A stretch of 64,000 bases of DNA from Candidatus Uhrbacteria bacterium. Lineage in GTDB: Bacteria > Patescibacteriota > Patescibacteriia > JACQRZ01. Both the position numbers and the translations under genes were made by a program. Below the pieces are notes generated by a model. The model worked only from the letters and a program-made list of their open reading frames with translations, was not told the DNA's origin and did no database searches. The stretch is from positions 79,473-143,472 of the forward strand of contig JACQSC010000002.1 in the NCBI GenBank assembly GCA_016206155.1, written 5' to 3'. Below, in pieces: positions 38,084 to 46,660 of this stretch. Within the stretch, counting starts at the first letter, position 1. Every line of letters starts with the position of its first letter.

Positions 38084-39091
38084 ATGTTGACACCAAAACT
38101 CGGTATAGACCTTGGAACAACGAATGTGCTTGTCCACGTTCCAAAAAAAGGAATCATCATAAATGAACCATCTGTCGTTGCCATCTCTGTTATTGATAAG
38201 CGCGTGCTTGCGGTTGGCAAAGAGGCAAAAGAAATGTTGGGAAGAACGCCAGATACGATTGTTGCCTACAGACCTCTCAAGGATGGCGTGATCGCTGACT
38301 ATCGGACAACCGAGGCAATGCTTCGGTATTTTATCAACAAGGCGCTTGGGGGCTTTCGCATCTTTCGTCCGGAGGTTATGGTGGCGGTTCCGGCGGGCAT
38401 CACGTCAACGGAGCGCCGCGCTGTTATTGATGCGACGCTTGCCGCCGGCGCGAAGGCCGCCTATATCATCAAGGAGCCTGTTGCGGCGGCAATTGGCGCC
38501 AACATCCCAATCGGAAATGCTTCTGGCCACATGATTATTGATATTGGCGGCGGAACGGCAGAGATTGCGGTTATTTCATTGGGGGGTGTCGTGACATCAA
38601 CGTCTGTGAGGGTTGGCGGTAACAAGTTCGATGCGGCAATCGGCGAACATATTCGCAAACGCTACAACCTTGCGATTGGGGAGCGAACCGCTGAGGAAAT
38701 AAAAATTACGGTTGGTTCCGCGCTTTTTCTTGAAGACAAGCTTACGATGGAGGTGCGCGGCCGCGACACCATTACAGGACTTCCAAAAACAATAACAGTA
38801 AGTTCCGACGATATTACGGATGCGATTTCGAACGAACTTGACACTGTCATATCGGCGTTGAAGTCGGTGCTTCAGCAAACGCCGCCGGAGCTTGCGGCAG
38901 ACATTATTGATCGCGGCATTATCATGTCTGGCGGCAGTTCCTTGCTTCGCAATATCGACCAGCTTGTTACGCGCGCAACGCAGATCCCCTCCTATATCGC
39001 CGATGAATCGTTGTTGTGTGTGGCAAAGGGAACCGGCATTGTGCTTGAGAATCTTGACGCTTATAAGAGAAGTATTTTAGCCACAAAGTAA
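38084..39091 (+). CDS. mreB: rod shape-determining protein MreB (actin-like ATPase)
   Basis: [25 protein letters not shown] and the Hsp70/actin fold motifs. Confidence 0.9.
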   Translation: MLTPKLGIDLGTTNVLVHVPKKGIIINEPSVVAISVIDKRVLAVGKEAKEMLGRTPDTIVAYRPLKDGVIADYRTTEAMLRYFINKALGGFRIFRPEVMVAVPAGITSTERRAVIDATLAAGAKAAYIIKEPVAAAIGANIPIGNASGHMIIDIGGGTAEIAVISLGGVVTSTSVRVGGNKFDAAIGEHIRKRYNLAIGERTAEEIKITVGSALFLEDKLTMEVRGRDTITGLPKTITVSSDDITDAISNELDTVISALKSVLQQTPPELAADIIDRGIIMSGGSSLLRNIDQLVTRATQIPSYIADESLLCVAKGTGIVLENLDAYKRSILATK

Positions 39092-39093
39092 TC

Positions 39094-40200
39094 ATGCTCA
39101 TTGGCATAGACGCATCGCGAACATCAAAAAAGGAAAAAACCGGCGTGGAGTGGTATGCGTATCATCTGCTTCGCGCGATGCGGAAGTTACCGAGCGCTCA
39201 TTCGTTCCGTCTTTACACCCGTGATCCGCTTCCATTCTCAATGCCGCCTGCATGGGAGGAGAGAGTGGTTGCGTGGCCATTCCCACTGCTCTGGACGCAA
39301 GGGGGCTTATCAATGGAGATGCTCAGACACGCCCCCGACATTCTCTTTGTTCCTTCAAGCGCATTGCCATTTATCCTTCCGCGGCGCAGCGTGACTACAA
39401 TCCATGATGTTGGATTTCTTCAGGAGCGCTCGTATCGAAGCGCTCGTGAGCTGTCCTATCTTGACTGGTCGACCCGCTTTGCAGTCAATCATGCCACGAA
39501 AGTCATAGCGGTATCCGAATTTACAAAACGTGAGCTGGTCCGCCTCTATGACGCGCCTCCGGAAAAAATTGTCGTGGTTCATGAGGCCCATGCTCATGCT
39601 GTGCCATTCACCGAAGAAGCGGTGCAAGAGATTCGGCGCACCCATCAGCTGACGCGTCCGTATCTCTTGTTCGTGAGTCGCATTGATAGCAGAAAAAATG
39701 TCGGCACACTCATCGAGGCGTTTCGACTTCTTAAAAAACGCAAGGTATTCGATGGCGATCTGGCGCTGGTTGGGCCCCTTGGCTTTGACGGCGCGGATAT
39801 CATTCGCCAAGGAGGAACAGGAGCGTACGGTGAATGTATCCGCCATCTTGGCTGGATTTCAGAAATGGAAAAGAACGCATTGCTTCAGGCGGCGGTTGCG
39901 TTTGTTTTCCCAAGCCTCTATGAGGGGTTTGGCATGGTGATTCTGGAAGCGCAATCGCGTGGCGTGCCGGTCATTTGTTCAAATACAACAAGCCTTCCGG
40001 AAGTTGCGGGCCGGGGAGCTTATGGCATTGATCCCAATGATCCTGAATCTGTCGCAGCTGGCGTCTCAGCAGTACTCCAGGATAGCGAATTACGTCATAC
40101 TCTTGTGATGAGAGGACGGGAAAACGCCAAAAATTTCTCCTGGGATCGCGCGGCGCGAGAAACGCTTGAAGTATTCGAACAGGCCGCGAACACTCATTGA
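39094..40200 (+). CDS. glycosyltransferase family 4 (GT-B, group 1)
   Basis: LLFVSRIDSRKNVGTLIEAF…EGFGMVILEAQSRGVPVICSNTTSLPEVAG is the GT4 E-x7-E region. Confidence 0.85.
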   Translation: MLIGIDASRTSKKEKTGVEWYAYHLLRAMRKLPSAHSFRLYTRDPLPFSMPPAWEERVVAWPFPLLWTQGGLSMEMLRHAPDILFVPSSALPFILPRRSVTTIHDVGFLQERSYRSARELSYLDWSTRFAVNHATKVIAVSEFTKRELVRLYDAPPEKIVVVHEAHAHAVPFTEEAVQEIRRTHQLTRPYLLFVSRIDSRKNVGTLIEAFRLLKKRKVFDGDLALVGPLGFDGADIIRQGGTGAYGECIRHLGWISEMEKNALLQAAVAFVFPSLYEGFGMVILEAQSRGVPVICSNTTSLPEVAGRGAYGIDPNDPESVAAGVSAVLQDSELRHTLVMRGRENAKNFSWDRAARETLEVFEQAANTH

Positions 40201-40949
40201 TGCCATCTCGGTTTTCTGGTATACTTATAATCATGAATGAACCATATTCACGCATATGCGATTATCTGACCGCCGCCGTAAAGGGGGGCGGTATGGCGTC
40301 TGCCACTGTCTTTGTTGGATCCTCGGAGTCTGACCGAGAGGCAATGAGCCGATGGCTTTGCGATGTCCTCGCGCCATGCGGAATCATCTCGCTTGCGGGC
40401 GCAACGGAGGAGGGTGCGTTGATTTCAGTTTCAGATGTTCGCGATGTTCTCTCACAAATTTCCCGGACAACATTTGAGGGGGGAAGGAGGGTGATTCTGT
40501 GTACGAACGCGGATCGTCTTACTCAAGAAGCGGGAAATGCATTGCTAAAATGCACTGAGGAGCCGCCAGCGCAGACACTCTTCATCTTCGCGGTCCAGCA
40601 CGAACAGGCATTGCTGCCCACCATTGCTTCACGATGCCAGATTATTAGGCTTCCAACTCAGCGCGTCGCTTTAGGTGGTAGTGATCTCTGGCGATATCAC
40701 CAATGGCGAAAAATGTTTTCGTTGCCGCTATGGAACAGAATGGCAGTAACGCAAGCAACGGAAGGTACGGCGCCGCACGGTGATGAGATAGAACGATATA
40801 TCCATCACATGCTCAATGATAACCAGTCGAGCAAGAAGGACTGGGCGAACGCAGTATCATGCGCAGATCACCTTCGCGAATTATATCGATATCGATCGCT
40901 TGCATCTGCGCGATCGGCAAACGATAGGCTGGCGCTTGCGTTTTTATGA
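40197..40949 (+). CDS. holB: DNA polymerase III delta' subunit-like
   Basis: QEAGNALLKCTEEPPAQTLFIFAV…LPTIASRCQIIRL matches the delta' clamp-loader motif. Confidence 0.7.
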   Translation: MMPSRFSGILIIMNEPYSRICDYLTAAVKGGGMASATVFVGSSESDREAMSRWLCDVLAPCGIISLAGATEEGALISVSDVRDVLSQISRTTFEGGRRVILCTNADRLTQEAGNALLKCTEEPPAQTLFIFAVQHEQALLPTIASRCQIIRLPTQRVALGGSDLWRYHQWRKMFSLPLWNRMAVTQATEGTAPHGDEIERYIHHMLNDNQSSKKDWANAVSCADHLRELYRYRSLASARSANDRLALAFL

Positions 40950-42040
40950 ATACTGCCACCCCCATTCGACTTGTCGCCGCTGTGATCACGCTGCTCTTTA
41001 TCGGGCAGTCATGCGCGCTGCAATTTTCTGAAAGCGAGGACACCGGGCTTTTCAAGTCAGTTACTGCCGGACGTTCGTGGCGACAGAAAGAGGTGCTGCG
41101 GCTTCGGGACGGTACAACAGCTACACTGAACGAAGTTGACGTTACGCGCATTGTTGTCGATGCGCGTAGGCCACAGCGTATTTTTATGGGCACGGCGCGA
41201 GGCGGACTTTTTGCAAGCGAAAACGGCGGCGAGGAGTGGCTTCAGCTCATCTCGGGGCAGATTGTTTCAGATATCGCAATTGACCCAACATCGCGCTGCC
41301 AGCTCTATTTTTCTACCCCTGCGGCGGTTATGCGAACGACAAACTGTGCCGATTCGTGGGAGATGGTCTTTCGGGAAACGCGGGACGGCGTCGCTATTCG
41401 CAGTATCGCGCTGGACTATTCGAATCCGTCTGTTGTTTACATTTCAACAACTGCGGGTGACCTGTTCGTTAGCGCTGACGGGGGATTAACGTGGCGGACG
41501 CTCTATCGGGAACCCGGTCGTCGCTTTACAAAATTTATCATTGATCCCTTTCTTCCCTCCATCCTCTATCTTGCCGATGAGGGCGGATACATGATTCGCA
41601 GCGCCGACCGTGGTGTGACCTGGCAGGACATCTCCGCAAACCTTGCTTCTTTTCCTGATGCGAGATCATACCGCGCCTTTGAAATTCTTGGCAATCCGGA
41701 CAGCTATTTTTATGCATCCGGGCAAGGGTTGTTCCTATCGACGAACGGCGGCGCGGAGTGGCTACGCATACCGCTCCTTACCCCTCAGGGAAGCGCGCCG
41801 ATTCTGCTTGCCGGCGCCAACATACGAAATGATCGTGAATTTTTTTATGTGACACGCAATACGTTTTATCATACCGTTGATCGCGGGGAGCACTGGTTTG
41901 CTCAATCGCTTCCGTCCGGCACGATACCGGCGGCGCTTGCGGTGGATCCGACAAACGCCGCAGTACATTATCTTGGATTTAGGAAAGATCGGCGCGATTT
42001 GGAGCCCTTTTGGTATTATGGGTCTGAAACGTTTTATTAG
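40946..42040 (+). CDS. secreted BNR/Asp-box repeat beta-propeller protein
   Basis: Signal peptide, then repeated S/T-x-D-x-G-x-T/E-W motifs (SADGGLTWRTL, SADRGVTWQDIS, STNGGAEWLRI, VDRGEHWF). Confidence 0.65.
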   Translation: MNTATPIRLVAAVITLLFIGQSCALQFSESEDTGLFKSVTAGRSWRQKEVLRLRDGTTATLNEVDVTRIVVDARRPQRIFMGTARGGLFASENGGEEWLQLISGQIVSDIAIDPTSRCQLYFSTPAAVMRTTNCADSWEMVFRETRDGVAIRSIALDYSNPSVVYISTTAGDLFVSADGGLTWRTLYREPGRRFTKFIIDPFLPSILYLADEGGYMIRSADRGVTWQDISANLASFPDARSYRAFEILGNPDSYFYASGQGLFLSTNGGAEWLRIPLLTPQGSAPILLAGANIRNDREFFYVTRNTFYHTVDRGEHWFAQSLPSGTIPAALAVDPTNAAVHYLGFRKDRRDLEPFWYYGSETFY

Positions 42041-42105
42041 TTATACTCTTGCAATACTGTGACGAGTTCCGTATACTAAAGCATAAAACTAATCATGGCA
42101 TCACT

Positions 42106-42657
42106 ATGCAGGATCTAAAATTCTACAAGGAGGAATTTGAGAAAGCGATTACTCATCTTCAAGAAGAATTAAATGGTATTCGCACCGGAAGAGCCCACAT
42201 CAGCGTTGTTGAAAATATTTCCGTTGATTGTTATGGCGCAATGACGCCATTAAAGGGTCTTGCATCAATCAGCATACCAGATGCGCGGACGATTCTTGTC
42301 ACCCCTTGGGATACGTCGATCATAAAAGAAATTGAAAAGGCGCTTGCCGCAAGCACACTCGGAGCGCATCCGGTGAATGAAGGTACAAGTATCCGTATCG
42401 TCCTTCCGCAACTGACAGAAGAGAATCGCATCGCACTTGCAAAAGTGGTCGGCCAGAAGCAAGAGCACGCAAAAGTCTCGCTTCGATTGGTGCGCGACAA
42501 GATACGTGAAGAGATACAGAAGGGTGAAAAGAATAAAGAAATTACAGAGGATGATCGGTTTGTCCTCCAAAAAGATCTTGACGAAATGACGAAAACATAT
42601 ACGGCGCGGGCAGATGCGCTGGCAGGAGAGAAAGAGCAAGAGGTCATGAGCATATAA
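42106..42657 (+). CDS. frr: ribosome recycling factor
   Basis: Full-length similarity to the RRF pattern (…RTGRAHISVVENISVDCYGAMTPL…VTPWDTSIIKEIEKA…). Start placed at the ATG at 42106. Confidence 0.9.
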   Translation: MQDLKFYKEEFEKAITHLQEELNGIRTGRAHISVVENISVDCYGAMTPLKGLASISIPDARTILVTPWDTSIIKEIEKALAASTLGAHPVNEGTSIRIVLPQLTEENRIALAKVVGQKQEHAKVSLRLVRDKIREEIQKGEKNKEITEDDRFVLQKDLDEMTKTYTARADALAGEKEQEVMSI

Positions 42658-42668
42658 TTGAAGCGCCG

Positions 42669-43742
42669 ATGGACATCATATCAACCATTATTCTCTTTTT
42701 AGTCATTCTCAGCTTCCTCGTGCTTGCGCACGAGTGCGGTCATTTTTTTGCCGCGCGATTTTTTGGCGTTCATGTTGAGGAGTTCGGGCTTGGATTCCCT
42801 CCACGCATAAAAGCATGGAAGCGCGGACCTGTTGCCTATTCGCTCAACTGGTTGCCGCTGGGCGGATTTGTAAAGCTCAAAGGAGAGCAGGGAGAGGCTG
42901 CACACGATTCCGATAGCTTCGCCGCAAAACCTATTTGGCAGCGAATTATCATTCTTGTCGCGGGCGTTGCGATGAACGCCCTTCTTGCCGTTGTCCTTTT
43001 GACCATCGGCTTTACGTTTGGCATGCCACAGGTTGTCGATACCGATGAGGAGCGGGCTGGGAGCGTCGGGGTGCAGTATATTCAGATCGTAAACGTATTG
43101 CCCGACTCGCCCGCCGAGAAAAGCGGTATTCGGCTCGGTGATATCATCACTCGCATTAACGGAGAACGGTATCAAAAAATTGCAGATGTCCAGCGCGCAA
43201 TTGCAGAACATCGGGGCGTGCCGATGACGGTCGAACTTGCACGAGGGGATGAGGCGATGACCATTGCTGTTACTCCAGATTCTACCGGAGTGGGCGAGCC
43301 GGGGCGCATTGGAATCGGCCTCGCAAAGACAGCAGTCGTGTCGTATCCCATTCACCAAGCCTTTATTCTGGCAATCAAAACTACAGGCGCTCTGATCGTC
43401 GGTATTGCCGCCATGCTATTGAATGCGCTTACGCGATTGGCGTTTGATGGTTTTGTCGGACCTGTTGGCATCGCAGCCTATACCGCGACCGCAGCGAAGC
43501 TCGGATTTTCTTATCTTATCAATCTGATGGCTCAACTTTCGGTGAGTCTCGCGGTAATCAATGTCCTGCCGATCCCCGCACTCGATGGCGGAAGAGTGCT
43601 CTTTGCACTAGTGGAAAAAGTACGAGGACGCGCGTTGCGGCCTATCTTTGAGAATGCGATTCATGTCATTGGTTTTTTTGCGCTTATTCTTTTATTGCTT
43701 GCCGTTACGGTTCGGGATATCGGAAGGCTCATTCCGTTTTAA
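42669..43742 (+). CDS. rseP: RIP zinc metalloprotease RseP (site-2 protease, M50)
   Basis: HECGHFFAAR HExxH motif in TM1, a PDZ domain (…LPDSPAEKSGIRLGDIITRINGE…), and a C-terminal LDGG motif. Confidence 0.88.
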   Translation: MDIISTIILFLVILSFLVLAHECGHFFAARFFGVHVEEFGLGFPPRIKAWKRGPVAYSLNWLPLGGFVKLKGEQGEAAHDSDSFAAKPIWQRIIILVAGVAMNALLAVVLLTIGFTFGMPQVVDTDEERAGSVGVQYIQIVNVLPDSPAEKSGIRLGDIITRINGERYQKIADVQRAIAEHRGVPMTVELARGDEAMTIAVTPDSTGVGEPGRIGIGLAKTAVVSYPIHQAFILAIKTTGALIVGIAAMLLNALTRLAFDGFVGPVGIAAYTATAAKLGFSYLINLMAQLSVSLAVINVLPIPALDGGRVLFALVEKVRGRALRPIFENAIHVIGFFALILLLLAVTVRDIGRLIPF

Positions 43743-43752
43743 CATCTATACA

Positions 43753-44280
43753 ATGGATAGTGAACTCTTTCTTTTCATTTTTGGTTTTGCTCGTCAATGG
43801 TTTGTTTTGGACGGCATCGCCATTTTTTTCGCGGCGTATGCGATTTTTTTCTTGTTTCTGCTGTGTCTTGTCGGCGCGGCCGGGAATCGGCGAGTTCTTG
43901 CCTGCATGTTGTTCTCTGCAATCCTTGCCTACGCCATTAATGCGGGCATTGGCGCATTGCACTTTCGTCAACGACCGTTCGTTGCTTTTGAGCAGTCATC
44001 GCTGATCACGGTTGACCGCGATGACAAGTCCTTCCCATCCGACCATACCGCCGTTTCCTTTGCGCTCGCCGTCGCGGTTGGATTGGTTTCTCGGGCTTGG
44101 CTTATTCCGCTTGTGCTCATTGCATTCCTGATAGGACTTTCGCGCGTGTTTGTCGGCGTTCACTATCCCGGCGATATCTTCGCTGGTATCGGCGTTGGCG
44201 CGCTCTCTGCCGTGATGATCAGCGCAGCCATTAACACCGTGAACCGGAGAAAGGTACGTGTCCCATGGAGGAGTTTATAA
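43753..44280 (+). CDS. PAP2-family phosphatase (undecaprenyl-diphosphatase-like)
   Basis: PAP2 motifs are present: KSFPSDHTAVSFA and SRVFVGVHYPGD. Multiple TM helices. Start placed at the ATG at 43753. Confidence 0.75.
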   Translation: MDSELFLFIFGFARQWFVLDGIAIFFAAYAIFFLFLLCLVGAAGNRRVLACMLFSAILAYAINAGIGALHFRQRPFVAFEQSSLITVDRDDKSFPSDHTAVSFALAVAVGLVSRAWLIPLVLIAFLIGLSRVFVGVHYPGDIFAGIGVGALSAVMISAAINTVNRRKVRVPWRSL

Positions 44281-45305
44281 AACCACAACGCGCCGCAACG
44301 TTTGGCGGTGCGCTTGTTGCCATCGGAGTCGGCGTGCTTTTTCTGCTCGTTGTGGCAGCGCTTTGGCTATCGTACATTCTTTTTCAGCCCGTGGTGCTGA
44401 CGGCTGAGCACAGCGTAAGCGTAGCAAAGGGAGAAACCATTTCGTCAATCGCAGATCGCCTTAAAGATGAGGGAATTATTCGTAGCGCGCATGCGTTTCG
44501 CCTTCTTGTTTCTCTGCGATACGCCGGCGAGACAATGAAAGCCGGGGACTACACACTCTCCGGTTCGCCTACGCTCGCGCAGACCGCCTTGCTTTTTATG
44601 AGCGGGGCGCCAAACAGCGAGTTCACGATTACGGTAATCGAAGGATGGACCGTAGCAGATATTGCGCGGACGCTGGAAGATGTCGGTGCGCTATCCTCCA
44701 GGGACTTTCTTGCTGCCGCACAAGAGGATTATACCGGCCTCTTTCCCTTTCTTCCGCCGCAGAGCAGGACACAGTCACTTGAAGGATATCTTTTTCCCGA
44801 CACCTATCGCTTGTTTAAAAAGAGCGCGGGTCGTGACATGATAGAGAGGATGCTTGAAAATTTTGCTGAAAAATATACTGCAGACATGGTCGCAGAAACG
44901 CTTGCACAAAAGCGGGATGTTCACGCAATCGTAACGCTTGCAAGCTTATTGGAACGAGAGGTGCAAGGCGACAGGGACAGACGCATGGTCGCAGATATTT
45001 TTTACCGCCGCCTTGAGAAGGGAATGCCGCTTCAGGCAGATTCAACGATTAACTATATCACCGGGAAAAAGGACGCGCGCGCGCGGTTGACAGATCTAGA
45101 AATCGTATCGCCATATAATACCTATCGGAATAAGGGACTCCCCTCCGGACCGATAGGAAATCCCGGACTGTCTTCTCTTCAGGCCGCGCTTTCACCTATC
45201 AAAAATCCCTTTTGGTTTTTTTTGACAACACCAGACGGGGAGGTCATCTACAGCAAGACGTTTGAAGAACACGTGAAGAATAAGTTGAAATATCTTAAAA
45301 AATGA
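44265..45305 (+). CDS. mltG: endolytic murein transglycosylase MltG (YceG-like)
   Basis: N-terminal TM, then the YceG domain with EGYLFPDTY and …EGWTVADIA. Confidence 0.85.
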   Translation: MEEFIKPQRAATFGGALVAIGVGVLFLLVVAALWLSYILFQPVVLTAEHSVSVAKGETISSIADRLKDEGIIRSAHAFRLLVSLRYAGETMKAGDYTLSGSPTLAQTALLFMSGAPNSEFTITVIEGWTVADIARTLEDVGALSSRDFLAAAQEDYTGLFPFLPPQSRTQSLEGYLFPDTYRLFKKSAGRDMIERMLENFAEKYTADMVAETLAQKRDVHAIVTLASLLEREVQGDRDRRMVADIFYRRLEKGMPLQADSTINYITGKKDARARLTDLEIVSPYNTYRNKGLPSGPIGNPGLSSLQAALSPIKNPFWFFLTTPDGEVIYSKTFEEHVKNKLKYLKK

Positions 45306-45627
45306 AAAACTATTCGCGAACAAAAAACACCGGCCGTCTTTCATATCGAACCCCCAGCCGGTTTATTGTTAAAAAAACCCATGAGCGAGTGCGGGTGCAG
45401 GCAGTGGCGCCGACACGCAAGCGTGCCGCGGTGTATCCCTTGACCTTTTTTTTACATCTGCTAGATTGACATATATCCCACAGACAATTGGTTCCGCCCG
45501 GGTGCGGTGTAATGGTCCGATGCCAATCGGCCCGCCTATCGAGGGAATATCCTTATCATAAGGAAAAGGTCGTACTCGATCAATTTTGTCTGTAATACTG
45601 TGGGAAGCCACAGTTTTATATTTTTGT

Positions 45628-46173
45628 ATGGCACGATCAAAACAAAGCAAACAGGATATACTTGAGAAGCTAGCGGATGCTCTAGGAAGGAGCGTTTCCG
45701 TAGTATTCGCAAGCGTAAAGGGCCTCAAGGTGTATGAGTTGGAGGAGCTTCGAAAAACGCTTCGAACCGAGGGTAACGAGTGTTTTGTCGCAAAAAAAAC
45801 ACTTCTCTCCCGCGCATTTTCCACCATGGAAACTAAGTTTGACTTCAGAGGTATGGATGGAGAGGTTGCAGCGGTTTTCGGATATACTGATCAAGTTGCG
45901 CCAGCGCGTGTACTGAGTGCGTTTGGCAAGACCCACGAGAAACTGACTATTCTTGCCGGTTTCATCAAGGATGAGGCAAGTGGCGTACAGTCATTGACAT
46001 CATCAGCCATTGCAGCGCTTGCGCTTTTGCCCTCCCGTGATGAACTGCGCGCCCGGGTTGTTGGATCACTGGCGGCACCGTTGCGTAATTGTGTTGGTGT
46101 TCTCCAGGGACCGCTTCGCGCATTCGCTCAAGTACTTAATGCATACGCACAAACCCTAAACCCTAAACCCTAA
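45628..46173 (+). CDS. rplJ: 50S ribosomal protein L10
   Basis: [39 protein letters not shown]… matches the L10 pattern and is followed by rplL. The ~320-bp upstream spacer likely contains the L10 leader. Confidence 0.9.
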   Translation: MARSKQSKQDILEKLADALGRSVSVVFASVKGLKVYELEELRKTLRTEGNECFVAKKTLLSRAFSTMETKFDFRGMDGEVAAVFGYTDQVAPARVLSAFGKTHEKLTILAGFIKDEASGVQSLTSSAIAALALLPSRDELRARVVGSLAAPLRNCVGVLQGPLRAFAQVLNAYAQTLNPKP

Positions 46174-46178
46174 ACCCT
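46154..46178. repeat. (CCCTAAA)x3+CCCT tract spanning the rplJ stop in the rplJ-rplL spacer
   Basis: ccctaaaccctaaaccctaaaccct. The rplJ TAA at 46171-73 lies inside the tract, and rplL starts 7 nt after it. Confidence 0.9.
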
Positions 46179-46184
46179 ATTTGT

Positions 46185-46589
46185 ATGTCAGATGAAAAAA
46201 ATGAAGTGGCCGTTCCAGAAAAGTTTAAGGACCTTGTCTCAAAAATCGAAAATCTGAGCGCTCTCGACCTCGCTGAGCTTGTAAAAGTTCTTGAGGAAAA
46301 GTTCGGCGTATCCGCCTCTGCGCCAGTCATGGCAGTGGCAGCAGCCGCACCGGGCGCTGGAGCTCCCGTTGAGGAAAAGTCATCGTTCGATGTTGAGATT
46401 ACAGAAGCTGGCGGCAACAAGATTGCCGTTATTAAGGTAGTCCGCGAGATCACTCAGCTTGGATTGAAGGAAGCAAAGGATCTAGTTGATGCCGCACCAA
46501 AGGTTGTGAAGGAAGGCGCAGGCAAGAATGATGCGGAGACAATGAAGAAGAAACTTGAAGAGGCCGGCGCAAAGGTCACATTGAAGTAA
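46185..46589 (+). CDS. rplL: 50S ribosomal protein L7/L12
   Basis: N-terminal dimerisation helix, an Ala/Pro hinge ([10 protein letters not shown]), and the C-terminal domain …[20 protein letters not shown]…. Confidence 0.93.
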   Translation: MSDEKNEVAVPEKFKDLVSKIENLSALDLAELVKVLEEKFGVSASAPVMAVAAAAPGAGAPVEEKSSFDVEITEAGGNKIAVIKVVREITQLGLKEAKDLVDAAPKVVKEGAGKNDAETMKKKLEEAGAKVTLK

Positions 46590-46608
46590 CATACGCTTCG
46601 CGAAATCA

Positions 46609-46640
46609 AAAGACCCCGCATCAGCAGGGTCTTTTGATTT
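46609..46640. terminator. bidirectional intrinsic terminator between convergent rplL and the 46661..48967 gene
   Basis: Stem agacccc/agggtct with loop gcatcagc. It is flanked by an A-run upstream and a T-run downstream, so it would terminate both strands. Confidence 0.7.
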
Positions 46641-46660
46641 CGGTATGTCGTCGCGTTCAT

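Noticed and set aside
42231-43358. Minus-strand ORFs antisense to frr and rseP (140, 124 and 219 aa)
   Set aside because: They are fully embedded in well-supported plus-strand genes and are shadow ORFs.
45369-45827. 152-aa minus ORF across the rplJ upstream region and 5' end
   Set aside because: It overlaps the rplJ start and its expected leader. No supporting motifs were found.
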